From contig OX597817.1 of the NCBI GenBank assembly GCA_951406725.2, positions 50,406,001-50,470,000 on the forward strand: DNA of 64,000 nucleotides. The letters run 5' to 3'. Shown in pieces: positions 13,535 to 27,270 of the stretch; the stretch's first letter is position 1; each line of letters starts with the position of its first letter. The notes beneath the pieces were generated by a model. It was given only the letters and a program-made list of their open reading frames with translations, searched no databases and was not told the DNA's origin. Origin of the DNA: Octopus vulgaris. Its lineage: Eukaryota. Both the position numbers and the translations under genes were made by a program.

Positions 13535-13592
<58 letters not shown>

Positions 13593-13936
13593 GAAATTAA
13601 CTCAAGTTTGGTCTTATTCCTGTTAGGATTTATGTGGGTAGTGGCTTACGATCTGTAACCTTAGGTATCCACAAGCTTCCAATAGTTTTTCAATTAATTG
13701 GAGCCCTCCTGTCCGTAGCAGGCAAACTTTCTGTAGAATCCACCTTCAGCATTGCTTACAGTTCCCAATGCACCAATTATTATAAGCATAAGATTTACAG
13801 TTTTCATATTCGATAATATTGCAATTTCAAATATTAAGAGATTGTCTTCTATTTTCGTCCACTTTCTTTACAATCCTGTAATCAGACGGACATACTGCAT
13901 CAATTAGTAAGCAACTTCACGTTTCCTAGTTTATTA

Positions 13937-14021
<85 letters not shown>

Positions 14022-14024
14022 TAC

Positions 14025-14075
<51 letters not shown>

Positions 14076-14094
14076 CATTATTATTATTATTATT

Positions 14095-14720
14095 CTATGT
14101 TTGATTTTTGCTTTATATTTGTACAATTTGGCTCCAAGTCTCACCCAGAGACCTCAAGAGACAACAGGTTGGAAGTTCACGTTGTTGTTATGCCTAGTGT
14201 GCCATATATTTGGGGGTTTTTTTTGGGGGGGGTGTTGTACTAGTGAATGTCTAAAAAAAAATAAATAAATGAATAAAAATTGTTTTAAACCTTGAGTTTA
14301 CATAGAAAGTATTTTGCGTAGGATATGAGCAGTTCCCATGAGCACTATCTTTTGAATTTCTGCCATTTTGGGGTTTCCTGGTATCTGAGTTAGGTAGCAA
14401 TCAGTCCTTTTCGCTATCATTCCCAGGGCACCTATGACAACAGGTATTGTTTTAGTCTTATTATTATTACATGATTCCCACACAATCTTACATTTCTGCG
14501 ACTCAGCACTCTTCCGACCAGATGATCATACCATGTGTTTCCAGCTTCAAATCCCCATTTCTGGCAAAGCATCCCGAGTAAAAGTTTTACAACTTGGTCA
14601 TACCTACATTTCTTATGCTCTTTCTTTGCAACCTCGGGACATTTTCCAACAATGTGTGCCACTGTCTCGTTCCATGTTCCACAGACCACATTTTTCTCAT
14701 TCATTCTCCTTATATACATT
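14095..14720 (-). mobile_element. 3' end(s) of R4/Dong-type non-LTR retrotransposon running into a (TAA)n tail (13930-14094)
   Basis: TKTIPVVIGALGMI..IQKIVLMGTAHILRKILSM* is homologous to the C-terminus at 30909-31148. The upstream piece has ETVAHIVGKC (CCHC remnant) and RYDQV (RHD/N motif). Confidence 0.8.
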
Positions 14721-14952
14721 TTCCCTCAAGTTGTTAGGCAGCAGGCCTGAAAAATATTTGCGGATGCGGAGTGGGAGTTAGTCGATAAAAATCAATCCCT
14801 CTGCTCAGCTGGTGCTTATTTTATAGACCTTGAAAGGATGAAAAACAAAAGAGGCTTCGGTGGAGTTAGAACTCAGCACGGAAAGACGGAGGAAACAACG
14901 AGAACAAGAAGAACAACAACAACACAACAACGATAATAATAATAATAATAGC

Positions 14953-15007
<55 letters not shown>

Positions 15008-15028
15008 TCATCATCATCATCATCATCA

Positions 15029-15101
<73 letters not shown>

Positions 15102-16270
15102 CAGTATGGTTTCGTATTTGACCAGCATTTTTCAAAAGAAGGGAAATAGTCGATACCACTGAATCCAGTATCCTACTGGTACCTTACTTTATTAACCCCC
15201 AAAAGTACTGAAAGCTAAAGCTAACCCAGACGAATTGAAATCATACCGTGACCACCTTTACTTTTCATCTCTCTAAAATCGATTGTATCTCTTAATCCGT
15301 TCTCCTCAAATCGCTGGTTTTGTGCCTTTCAGTAATTCGTAATTACCCACGAGAGTAAAACTGGGGCAGCCAGATCAGTTCGGAAACCTGATTGTATTTG
15401 AAAATCATGATTCTAGCTTTTCCAATGACTGCGTCTCTCCGGTTCAGTCGGAATGTTGCATTAATGATACACGCATCTGCTGAGTAATCTTGTATTTCAC
15501 ACGTTCACATGATTGGTAGATGCAGTGTTTCGGGTGTTCTATCAAACTAAACTATTCCCCCTGGCTGATTCGATATCCAACTCCATATTTAATTTCAACT
15601 CCCGACACACGTAGAATGTACCTGAAATCTATTGACGTCCTATACTGCCGCTATTAATTTCTACCGATGTTGATTGGTACTTTTGATGCTGGTGCTGGTG
15701 TTACTGTGTTTAAATTGGTAAGTTGGCAGAGAAGCAGCAGCTGGAGAAATCAATGATACGTATTTCTACGTGTTCATACGACTTCGTTTTCAAAGGACTA
15801 TAGCAATCAAAGTCCTTGTTCAACTATCCGTGTGCATATAAAATTAGCATTGTGGTTAGTTTCATGGACTTACTGTACCTTAACTGTAAGTCTTGGTGTC
15901 TTTTTATTAGTTGACTTATTTCTATGCAAAGCTCATTTTCACTTCAAAGGAAAAGAAAAAAAATTGTAATGGCTGCCATGATATTGGGAGCTTTGATATA
16001 CATATATACATACATGCATACATACATACATGCATATATACATATAGCTATATATGTATACACACACACACAGACACACACATATATATGCATATGTGTG
16101 TGTGTGTATGCACGTAGGTATGTATATGTGTATGTATATGCATACATATATATGTACGTATAGAAAATGCTAAGAGATTTCACACCAGTAAATTTATATA
16201 ATAGAAGATCGAAAAAGGAAAGTGTATTTTCTCAAAGCATATTTCATTTTGTCATATATATATATATATA

Positions 16271-16623
16271 GGCGCAGGAGTGGCTGTGTGGTAAGTAGCT
16301 TGCTTACCAACCACCTGGTTCTGGGTTCAGTCGCACTGCGTGGCACCTTGGGCAAGTGTCTTCTACTATATCCTCGGGCCGACCAAAGCCTTGTGAGTGG
16401 ATTGTGTGTATGTCGAGTGGATATGTTTGTGTGTCTGTGTTTTTCCTCCAGCATGGCTTGACAACGGAAACTAGTGTGTTTACGTCCCCGTAACTTAGCG
16501 GTTCGGCAAGAGAGGACGACAGAATAAGTACTAGGCTTACAAAGAATAAGTTCTGGGGGTGATTTCTCCGACTAAAGGCGGTGCTCCAGCATGGCCGCCG
16601 TCTAAGATCTGGAGCAAAAGAAT
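16271..16623 (+). mobile_element. SINE family B with internal deletion
   Basis: Matches the family B head and tail. Confidence 0.88.
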
Positions 16624-17520
16624 ACAGATTAAAGATTACTATTGTGACTGCAGGCACTGCTAGTGGCTACTTAACCCTTTGAAATCTATGGCTGGTTTTA
16701 ACGGTATTTATTATTAATCATGTATAATTATTTTATCTGGATATTCTTTTATGAATAATGTTTAGCCTTTTAAGTAGGCAATTGCCGAAAACTCACTATG
16801 TTAGATACGGCATATAAACTATTCTAACTCTTTTGCGTCGCTTTGCAAAATATTGAAATGAAAGTAGATGTATCATAAAATATCAAACAGAAGAGATATT
16901 TTCAGAGGTAAAAGTAAATGAGAGTCGAGCTGGTGCTAGCTCTTACAGACTTAAAAGAGCAAATTCTAATTAAATAAAGTGGTCAACTCTCTGAAACGTA
17001 ACTGCAACGTAAATTATAAATTTAATAGCCGAGAAAGAGCTAGAGAAAGTGACAAGTTGAAAAGAAAGATTGAGTGAGATATAGGGAAAATATAAGAGCG
17101 ACATACTGAGAACGATGCAAAAATGTGTATTTGTGATTCTACTTTGTGCATCCGAGTGTATGTATTTAAGCATCTGTATGCAGCTGCGCATTTCTATTCT
17201 GGACAAGTTATTAGAGGGCGATGCTGTGTTGTTTAACGCATCAGAAACATCAAATACAGCATCGCGACTGAAATTTAATACGTCTGACGCTTGTATGGCT
17301 GCATGTATCGTAATGCGATGACGCGATTTAAATTGATAACCTCTTATGCTCGCTCCGTGCATACATGTTTGTATTGTTGCTTTCTTAAACATTTATATAA
17401 AAGTCCTCTAAATAGGATTAAGCCAGTCATTGACAATGTAAACATTACGCTCTATTTGAATCAATTCAGAAACTGGGTTTTGGGAACATTCGATTGTAAG
17501 TGACTATATATACATATACT

Positions 17521-17640
<120 letters not shown>

Positions 17641-17655
17641 TATATGCGTGTATAA

Positions 17656-17885
17656 GGTGGCGAGGTGGCAGAAACGTTAGCACGCAGGACGAAATGCTTA
17701 GTGGTATTTCGTCTGCCGTTACGTTCTGAGTTCTAATTCCGTCGAGGTCGACTTTGCCTTTCACCTTTCGGGGTCGATAAATTAAGTACCAGTTACGCAC
17801 TGGGGTCGATGTAATCGACTTAATCCGTTTGTCTGTCCTTGTTTGTCCCATCTGTGTTTAGCCTCTTGAGGGTAGTAAAGAAATA
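17656..17885 (+). mobile_element. SINE family A, full length
   Basis: Matches 580-811. Confidence 0.88.
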
Positions 17886-17927
17886 TATTACCCACATTGT
17901 ACAAATGATATGATATATTATTCGTTA

Positions 17928-18200
17928 AGCTAGTGACTTAGTGGTTAGGAGATTGCAGTTACGATTACTAGACCGCGGGTTCGATTACCGGGAAGGGAGG
18001 CTTGTTGTCCTCTTGAGCAAACCACTCCACTTCACGTTACCCCGGTCCACTCCGTAGTAAATGGGTAACATTGAGAGGGAATAGCCTAATCAGGGCGAAT
18101 GTTGCCTTGCTCACCTTGCAAACCGTGTGATGTTATTCGAAAGCTAAAACAATGCGAAACTCATCGTGGCTCAGCTATGCATGACAGCACCCGAGAGTCT
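17928..18200 (+). mobile_element. Old CORE-like tRNA SINE
   Basis: TGACTTAGTGGTTAG..GGGTTCGATTACC..TCTTGAGCAAAC..TTCACGTT, similar to family D. Confidence 0.55.
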
Positions 18201-18444
18201 GGTCGATACCCTGATACAGTGAAAAATGATATAATAAATAGATTAAAAGACCATTACGACAATGAACGATTCCATGTAGGATTATGTTACAATAATGCAT
18301 TTATCTAATTACAGAGCGTTTAATGATTATACGAAGAATTCAAAGATCTGGACGATCATTTTTATTGATTTTACTTCAGTGACGGAATCCGTCGGAATGC
18401 TTCTATTGACAGGCCTCAGCATAACGGTTTCAAAATACATCTGT

Positions 18445-19158
18445 GTATGTATGTATGTATGTATGTATGTATGTATGTATGTATGTATGTATGTATGTAT
18501 GTATGTATGTATGTATGTATGTATGAATGAATGAATGAATGTATGTATGTATGTATGTATGTATGGATGGATGGATGGATGTATGCATGCATGTATGTAA
18601 GTATGTATGTATTTATGTATGTATGTATGAATGTATGTATTTATGAATGTATATATGTATGTATGTATGTAAGTATGTATGTATGTATGTATGTATGTAT
18701 TTATCTATGTATGTATGTATATATGTATGTATGTATGTATGTAAGTATGTATGTATATATGTATGTATGTAAGTATGTATGTATGTATTTATGTATGTAT
18801 GCATATATGTATGTATACGTGTATGTATGTATTTATTTATGTATGTTTGATGCATATATGTATGCAGATATGTATTTATTTATGTATGTATGCACGCATG
18901 TATGTATGCATGTATATAGGTATGTATGCATACATGTATGTATGTATGCATGAATGTATGTATATATATATATATATGTATGTATGTATGTATGCATGAA
19001 TGTATGTATGTATTTATGTATGTATATATGTATGTATGTATGTATTTATGTATGTATGTATGTAAGTATTTATGTATGTATGTATTTATGTATGTATATA
19101 TGTATGTATGTATGTATTTATGTATGTATGTATGTATGTAAGTATATATGTATGTATG

Positions 19159-19189
<31 letters not shown>

Positions 19190-19744
19190 TTATGTATGTA
19201 TGCATATATGTATGTATATATGTATGTATGTATTTATTTATGTATGTATGCATGCATATATGTATGTATGTATATATGTATTTATTTATGTATGTATGTA
19301 TGTATATATGTATTTATTTATGTATGTATGCACGCATGTATGCATGCATATGTGTATGTATTTATGTATATATGTATGTATATAGGTATGTATGTATGTA
19401 TATATGTATGTATGCATGCATGTATGTATGCATACATGTATGTATGTATGCATGAATGTATGTATGTAAGTATATATGTATGTATGCATGAATGTATGTA
19501 TGTATGTATATATATGTATGTATGTATTTATGTATGTATGTATATATGTATGTATGCATGAATGTATGTATGTATATATGTATGTATGTATCTATTTATG
19601 TATGTATGTATGCCATTATTCAGTTTTATTTCAAGATTTCTTTCTTTGCAATAGAGAAAAAGTCGGTTTGTATCCTAGATCCAAGGCACTTTCTTTGGAA
19701 TTTCAACAACATCAATAGGGTATTTTAGTATGTATGTATGTATG

Positions 19745-19778
<34 letters not shown>

Positions 19779-19825
19779 TGTATGTATGTATGTATGTATG
19801 TATGTATGTATGTATGTATGTATGT
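18445..19825. repeat. ~1.4-kb degenerate (TATG)n array with one ~115-bp unique insert
   Basis: Direct reading. The insert lies at 19611-19727. Confidence 0.95.
19611..19727 (-). mobile_element. Short retroelement 3' end within a (CATA)n array (second copy 27945-28050, plus)
   Basis: The reverse complement matches ACCCTGTCGTTGATGTTGAAATTCCAA..CCTTGGAT..TCTCTATTG..AATCTTGA..GAATAATGACAT at 27945. Both copies run into (CATA)n. Confidence 0.6.
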
Positions 19826-19829
19826 GTGC

Positions 19830-20135
19830 AGATGTGTATGTTTTGTTTTATGTATGCATTCTCATGCATATAGGTGCATATCTAGACATGCTGATATATA
19901 CTTAACTGATAAATTTCTGGAAAGTTTCACGAATATATGCTGTTCAAGGTATGGCTGGGATCTGTATTCTTCGAACCAACTTTCAATTCACTCTGTTTGA
20001 GAAGCCTAATTTCTCAACATTGGTATTAAGGCAGTATGTTACACATATCTCAGTGCCTCAATAATTACAAATATAAACCTGAACTTGTAATCTGAGCAGA
20101 GCAACTGTAGATTTCTCAATAGTTCAGCGTAGGTA
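19830..20135 (-). mobile_element. 3' end of the (CATA)n-tailed R4-type LINE family seen at 2125-2838
   Basis: TYAELLRNLQLLCSDYKFRFIFVIIEALRYV, and the 3' UTR GAAACTTTCCAGAAATTTATCA..TATGCATGAGAAT..ATAAAAC matches 2740-2838. Confidence 0.75.
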
Positions 20136-20150
20136 TGCATGTCTATATGC

Positions 20151-20203
<53 letters not shown>

Positions 20204-20205
20204 CA

Positions 20206-20241
<36 letters not shown>

Positions 20242-20989
20242 CTTGCTGGTATGAAGTGGCTGAAGTGCTGCTGGTGAATTCAAGTTTGGGATTCCTACTT
20301 TGAAGGAGATTCGAATTTTGTACTTCTGTGAAATCCATAAATATCTCTCAAAAAGTTCCAACTCTTCTCGAATTCATCTTGTATGTCAGAGATTCTACAG
20401 ATACTGTAGCATTACTATTGCAAAAGTTATTAGTTTATTGTATTCCTCAATCCCACAAGACCATCATTTCCTGTTTGGTATCGGCCAATGACTGAGCTGG
20501 ACATTTCGCCTTCATTTGTGTTACATTCAGTGATGTACATGATAAAGTATCGTAGATGGAAAATAACTCTTTCCAAGTATGTATCTAATACATCTTAATC
20601 TACAACTCGAGTGTCTCTGATGCGAAATACTGAAAACCTGTCGGATCTTGAAACCCAAGCTGCGAAAATTCTGGGTCTTTACATCAAGGAAAACCCCCTT
20701 TAATCATATAAGAGTACTCAAATCAATTTCTTATATCACTATTATCTGGTAATTGTCATGGTGTCACTGCTTATGATGAAAATCAATTACTGGAAACATT
20801 TGATAAATGTAAGAGAACAGAATGTTGGGGGGAAACACGGGATGGAAACGTCATAGGCAGAAATGCTTTCTGTTAATTCACTTCCACCAGAATCAAACTA
20901 ATTATACACATAATAACAAAGTAATAAATAAAACATATGCATATATACATACACATTTGCACGTACCTACATCTATATGTATATATACA

Positions 20990-21300
20990 TGCATATATGG
21001 GTACAGGACATAAAAAAAACGTCGAACACAATGAGAAACGAAAACATAAAATCAAAACCATGGAAAGGGACATTTTTTAAAAACAACGAAAAAACAGAGT
21101 ACAAGACATACAACACAAAGAAAATTCCCCTTCTTCAGCTGCCTCTGCTTGGTCTACTCCGTGTTTCGAAGGTAAAGGCGAGACACGACTTCCTTGAAAC
21201 AGTCATTCCCGCAAAGCAAATTAAATAAAATTTGGGATATTTGTGGGGGGGTAAAAGTGGTAACAAAATCAGGACAGTAACACATAACCAGGTCGCAGAA
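20990..21300. mobile_element. Dispersed repeat, probably Penelope-type (related fold-back copy at 24381-24563)
   Basis: GCATATATGGG..GAACACAATGAGAAACGAAA is shared with 24382-24433. AAAATCAAAACCAT appears inverted at about 24488. Confidence 0.45.
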
Positions 21301-21944
21301 GTGTTACGAAAATGTCCACACCGTACGACAGAAAGAAAATGTTTATATAATAAATATTTGTTATTTCTTAATAGCTAAAATATATTTTGCAGGCTACAAC
21401 TGTCATTCTTTTGTATCCCTCTACTAAATATTTCTCCCTGTCGATAACCCTATACTGTCGCTGTCACCTAGTTTGCTAACACTGCAAAATTATTTCTAAA
21501 CTTATATCTAAATCACTTATCAATCGATATATTTTTTAATTTTACATAGATATTGATTATGTACGTGAACAAACACATATATATGCTCATAACCATAAAA
21601 TACAATATTTAATGCGTATTCTTAGGTGAAAAAGTAGATATATGATACGTTTATATGGATTTTTTTCTCTTTAACACTAAATCAATTTTTTAACACATAA
21701 TTGAATCGCTGCAAAAATATAGCACAACATATATTTCTGTGAACGTCAAGTATGTGAAATATTAATTCATAATCAGTTATGTTTCATCTCAGATAAACGA
21801 TATATATTACGTAAGTACGGCTGAAATAATAATAACTCCTGTTACCGAGAATTTAACGTTTAAACTACCTTCAACTATTACTGTCCTGTTTCTTCTTTCT
21901 CTCTTTTTCTATTTCCTTGTATATCTCATATTCCCAAATTTTGG

Positions 21945-21978
<34 letters not shown>

Positions 21979-21979
21979 A

Positions 21980-22152
21980 GTTCAGCAAAATTTAGATTCA
22001 GATGAATATGGTACTTAAGTTAAAGGCACCAGACTTTTGTATGGTATTATCCATATAAATCAAATGGGGTGATTGTAATCAAAATAAGCAACAAGGATAT
22101 CCAAGGTAGAGTAGTACAATTGTTTCATGAACAATTGTAGCATGAAACAATT

Positions 22153-22155
<3 letters not shown>
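21980..22155 (-). mobile_element. Penelope-like pseudo-LTR terminus between (TA)n runs (family also at 47834 and 62826)
   Basis: CAGCAA..TTTAGATT..ATGAATATGGTACTTA..GCACCAGA.TTTTGTATGGT..AAAATAAGCAACAAG. Ends in the hairpin TACAATTGTTTCATG/CATGAAACAATTGTA. Confidence 0.6.
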
Positions 22156-22223
<68 letters not shown>

Positions 22224-22489
22224 TAATAGTAAAAAGTGAAAAAACTACAGAAGACTTGTTTTAAAAGGTTAAAAATATATATTTGAGTCAATATGTCTGA
22301 AGAATGTTATAAATTTTTTTCTTATAATGACATAGTTTAGAAGAAATTACCGGCTTCGCGTTCAGCTTTTCAAATTTCTTACATCGTTATGTTTATGTTG
22401 AGTAGAGTTATCGTTATGTTTATGTTGAGAAGAGTTCCATATAAGGGGAGGTAATAAGTGATTTCTTCCGGTGTAAGGGAGATAATCGC

Positions 22490-23054
22490 TTAAAATTTTT
22501 TTCCTTTCCTTTGGAGTGAATTTCTCTGTATAAGTATGTTGGAATGGTTAAGTCTGGGCTTGTACTTTTCAATGAAGAATGTTTCCTTGTTTAGTCTGAT
22601 TTGTGTTGGTGTTCCGATAGCACATTGGTAAAATGGAAAGATTAAAAATTGTGGTAGTAGTTGCTTTACGCATTTCTCAATGTGCTCACTAAAGGGTATC
22701 ATTCTGTATTCTGGGAATGCAATCTGTTGTCGATGCAGTGTGCATCTACGTCTGAGTGATAGTCCCGTGGAACCCACGTAGTCTTGGTGGGAGCCCGAGC
22801 ATTTTATGACATAAATTATGTTTTCAGAGACACAAGTAAAGTTAGATTTGATCTTGAATTTCTGTCCCTCTTTGAAGAGGAATTCTGATCCTTCTAGCAG
22901 GTTTGGACATGTTGCACAGTTCGGTCTACCACATTTTTTTAACTTTTGCATCCGTAATTTCAGAAAACAATTTTGCCTTTGTGAGAATCTTTTTAAGTGA
23001 TTTAGGTTGTTTGTAGCCTTTAATGATTTGGTGTATGTTTAGAATTTCCTTTAA
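22490..23054 (-). pseudogene. Penelope-like element C-terminus: Zn-finger linker plus GIY-YIG endonuclease (Neptune-like), 5'-truncated
   Basis: YKQPKSLKKILTKAK linker, one frameshift in an A7 run (22934-22940), then CGRPNCATC, NIIYVIKC..YVGST..LRRRCTLH, PFSEHIEKC and RLNKETFFIEKYKPRLN. Confidence 0.9.
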
Positions 23055-23128
23055 TTCCAACATACTTATACAGAGAAATTCACTCCAAAGGAAAGGCAAA
23101 AAATTTTAAGCGATTATCTCCCTTACAC
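23055..23128 (+). repeat. Inverted copy of 22471-22544 at the 5' truncation point of the Penelope-like element
   Basis: TTCCAACATACTTATACAGAGAAATTCACTCCAAAGG..GATTATCTCCCTTACAC is the reverse complement of 22471-22544. Confidence 0.9.
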
Positions 23129-23244
23129 AAACCAACTTTCTCATCTATATATATATATATATATATATGCACACACACACACAGTGGGAGAGAGAGGTAG
23201 AAGACAAGACCCAGACATTCTCAATATTCTTTTCTACTCTACGA

Positions 23245-23440
23245 ACAAGCCCGAAATTTTGAGGGAGTGGGCTAGTCGATTAGATCAACCCCACTACGCA
23301 ATTGGTACTTAATTTATCGACTCCGAAAGGATGAAAGGCAAAGTCGACCTCGGCAGAATTTGAACTCGGAACATAAAGTAAGACGAAATATCGCTAAGCA
23401 TTTCGCCCGGCGTGCTAACATTTCTGCCAGCTCGCCGCCT
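23245..23440 (-). mobile_element. SINE family A (alternative tail)
   Basis: Reverse complement of the family A head and body. Confidence 0.85.
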
Positions 23441-24676
23441 AATAGATAAATCGTCTTTTAGTTTGGGGTGTCTGAGTTCTTGGATGTTGAGTTGTTGGGC
23501 ACGATGAAAGCCTATTCCAATTAGTGATGGTGGGTAGTTCCTGCTGATGAATGTATCCTTTAGCTCATGTCGTCGTGTGTCTCTGGTGTTTATATAAGAT
23601 ACTACAGTACAATTATATTTGCCAAATTGTAAGAGATATTCAAGTGTGTCTAGTGTAGCATGAGATGAACGGCAGATATTATTTGGAGTCCGTTAGCTTA
23701 TAATATACGCTTGTTTCCATTTTGTTGTTGAATTTCTTAATGAGGATGTGGAGGAATCGAAGTTGTTGGTGGCTATATTCTTTCGTAAATTGGATGTTTA
23801 TGCCAAGTCGATTCAGGAGTGCTTGAAATTCTTTAAATCTCTCTTCCATGTCAAAGATTGTAACAGTTACCTAGATATATTTTCCAGTTATTTTCTATGT
23901 ACAGGGAGAATGAGTTCCGTATTAGTGAATCACGAAACATGATTATGATGCTTCGTGACTCAATTTGATATAATAAATTACCTCTAATGATAAATATCAT
24001 TACTATTATTGTGGCGGCTAGAACTGAGAAACATGTTAACTGAAACAGCTGTAAACCGGGATTCCGATAATTGAGGTAAATCAATTGTTATCCATTAATT
24101 GTATCTCCATTTTCTGTTTTCCTTTGAATTATGAGATAAACTCTAGTTTATTTTTACCATTACCTATCATTTATGAGCATTAATACCCATGCTAATGATT
24201 AAATATAGGTAATACACAGGTGGATTCATAGGATTCAAGTTATACCTTAGACGGTTGTTACAACCTCTAAATTACCCTCACCTACACACACATAAAAATA
24301 TATATAATATAAATGATACATAAATATATGCATATATACATACATATATGTACATACCTACATATATATGTATATATACACGCATATATGGGGAAAAGAC
24401 ATTAAAAAAACCTTGAACACAATGAGAAACGAAAGCGTCTCGTTTCTCTGTTTGTTTTTCTCATTGTTCCCCAAAAAGTTCGTTTCTATGGTTTTGATTT
24501 TATCTTTTCGTTTCTCTATGCGTTCAACGTTTTTTTTTTTTTGAAGTCCTTTAGCTATATATGCATGCATATATACATATATATATGTACATATATATTT
24601 ATGTATATATGTATATATCTATATATTATTTATATTATCATATGATCGAACGCCGTGCATCCTTTTCCAAGTAAGG

Positions 24677-24709
<33 letters not shown>

Positions 24710-24710
24710 G

Positions 24711-24763
<53 letters not shown>

Positions 24764-25002
24764 GTTAAGAAATGTATGTATTAATTTTTACAAGGCGCTC
24801 ATTCAATGGAACTTTGAAGTTTCGAACAGCTCGCTGTGGTCAGCCAATTTGCTAACAACTAGCAAGTTGAAGCCTTCAAGTCATTATCAACCTTTTCCAT
24901 AAGAAAGAAATATATGAATATATACTCTTGTTCAAAGTATTGAGTAAACCTTCATTTATATTTTAAACTTTATATATTACTTCGTAGGACAAAAATCTTA
25001 TC

Positions 25003-25035
<33 letters not shown>

Positions 25036-25393
25036 CTCACTACTTGAACAAAACTGGATACAACTCACCCAACAAGAACTCACTACTTGAACAAAACTTG
25101 ACTTAAACAGGATTCGAATAATCCTATCAGGTGGTGCTATTAAGTTAGACATGGCCTGGACCAATCTCTGGTCGAAACATATCTAAGTTTTATCTAAGTT
25201 TTATATATAAATATATGCGTGTGTGTGCGTGCGTGTATGTATATATATATTTGTTCATCTATCTATCTGTGTATGTATATATACATACGTATATATATAT
25301 CTATATGTATATATGTGTGTGTGTTTGTATGTATGTTTGTATGTATGTGTGTGTGTAAATATATATTAGTACATCTATCTATCTGTGCATGTG

Positions 25394-25435
<42 letters not shown>

Positions 25436-26002
25436 CATACAGTTAGTTAGGTGTACAAATATACGTCTTCATCTGTGTGCGTATGTATATATTATTGTAC
25501 AGCTGAAGTAAAATACTAGTTTGTTTAACCAAATCTGCTGCAAGCCCGTCTCGATAAACTTGTACATGTTACATTTCTTATCAATTAATGAGAAAATACT
25601 TTAATTAATATACAAAAATTATTGATTTTTTAATTGACTTACCAACGTAATGTCATCAAAATCTATCTCTTCAGACCAAACTCCAGTAGGGAGAGCAAAA
25701 AAGAAATATAAATGTAAAAATGGAGAAGGGGTATATATTATCGATCCCACCATAGGCTATGACGAAACGACTCGGACAAAACAATTAAGCATTAAGTAAA
25801 TTGTTAATTAATTAACTAGTTATCTAATTGATAATATAATTAAGTACCATTATGATCATCATGCAAGTATGTAATTGATAGAGATATAAACAGAAAAAAT
25901 GTGACATCACTTGTAGAATGTTATACGTACATAAAACAAATACATACACAAACATATGTATATATATATATGCACACTAACACACAAATACACATGCACA
26001 CA

Positions 26003-26061
<59 letters not shown>

Positions 26062-26847
26062 GTATGGTATATATATATGTATGGTATATATATACATATA
26101 TATATGCATATACGTATGTACAGGGGTGGGATGAAAAGTCTGCATATAGGGTGAGTGTTGAGTTTATCAGTTCGAGCCAGAGACATATATATATATGTGT
26201 GTGTGTGCATACATATATGCATGCACACACGCGTGTTTATGTATGCAGTATGTATGTATGAATGTACTTATGTAAGTATGTACGTATGTATTTATATATA
26301 TATATATTTATGTACATGTGTATATATATATATATACACATGTATATAAATTCCTGTCGATTCACCTAGAAGCGATAAGTTACAAAACTTAAGACGTGAA
26401 TATAATGTATTCTTTAATACATCATAACTATTTACTCACAAACATCCCCAGTAATTTCTTCTCTGTGTCTCTCTTACACTTACACATCTACAGATGGATG
26501 AATATGTGCAAACATAAATACGTAAACATATAAGTATTATTTTCATCACCCAAAACCTTAACGGCTTTCAAGAAAATTGAAAACACGTGATATATTTGAG
26601 TATCGTATCGCACGCATTAGGACTTAAGCTAATATCCCAGTATAATTATATTAGTTGTGTTGATTAAGCGTTGAGGAATTATTGGCAACGTTTGATCAGA
26701 GTATACTTTTGATAATTATTGCTCTTTCAAGAATTTTAAAGTGTCTATGATAGATCTGCAAAAACAGTAACATTATAAGAGCAACAGAAACTCGGGTTAC
26801 TTTTATTGTCAAAAGAATGAACTATATTTTTGTATTACTCTGATAAA

Positions 26848-27076
26848 GGCGGCGAGCTGGCAGAATCGTTAGCACGTCGGGCGAAATGCTAAACAGTATT
26901 TCGTCTACCGCTACGTTCTGAGTTCAAATTCCGCCAAGGCCGAATTTGCCTTTCATCCTTTCGGAGTCGATAAATTAAGTACCAGTTACGCACCAGTCGA
27001 CGTAATTGACTTAATCCGTTTGTCTGGCCTTGTTTGTCCTTTCTGTGTTTAGCCCCTTTTGGGTAGTAAAGAAATA
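26848..27076 (+). mobile_element. SINE family A with ~20-bp target-site duplication
   Basis: Full-length copy. TATATTTT(T/C)GTATTACTCTG occurs at 26823-26842 and 27077-27096. Confidence 0.92.
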
Positions 27077-27270
27077 TATATTTTCGTATTACTCTGGTGA
27101 TATTTCGATGTGAGATGGCAGTACCTTACTCTTTTAGCTCCACCCATTTCATGTAGTGACACCATTCGGATAAATCCTTTCGCTGAGCTTCAGAAGGCAT
27201 GGAAGTGTACATTGACCTACGCTGGATCATGATACACAATATTTTAAAACCGAGTTCAAACATTGGTATA

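Noticed and set aside
15345-15430. QSGFR-like RT domain remnant on the minus strand
   Set aside because: A single short motif, too little to call.
16671-16690. TTAACCCTTT piggyBac-like terminus
   Set aside because: No matching inverted end or transposase remnant found nearby.
21125-21175. Possible permuted (type II) hammerhead on the minus strand (GAAAC..GTA..CTGAAGA)
   Set aside because: I could not form convincing stems I and II.
25035-25100. Short direct repeats (also 22385-22435 and 48551-48588) as CRISPR-like arrays
   Set aside because: Only two or three units, no regular unique spacers, no cas genes, and a eukaryotic context.
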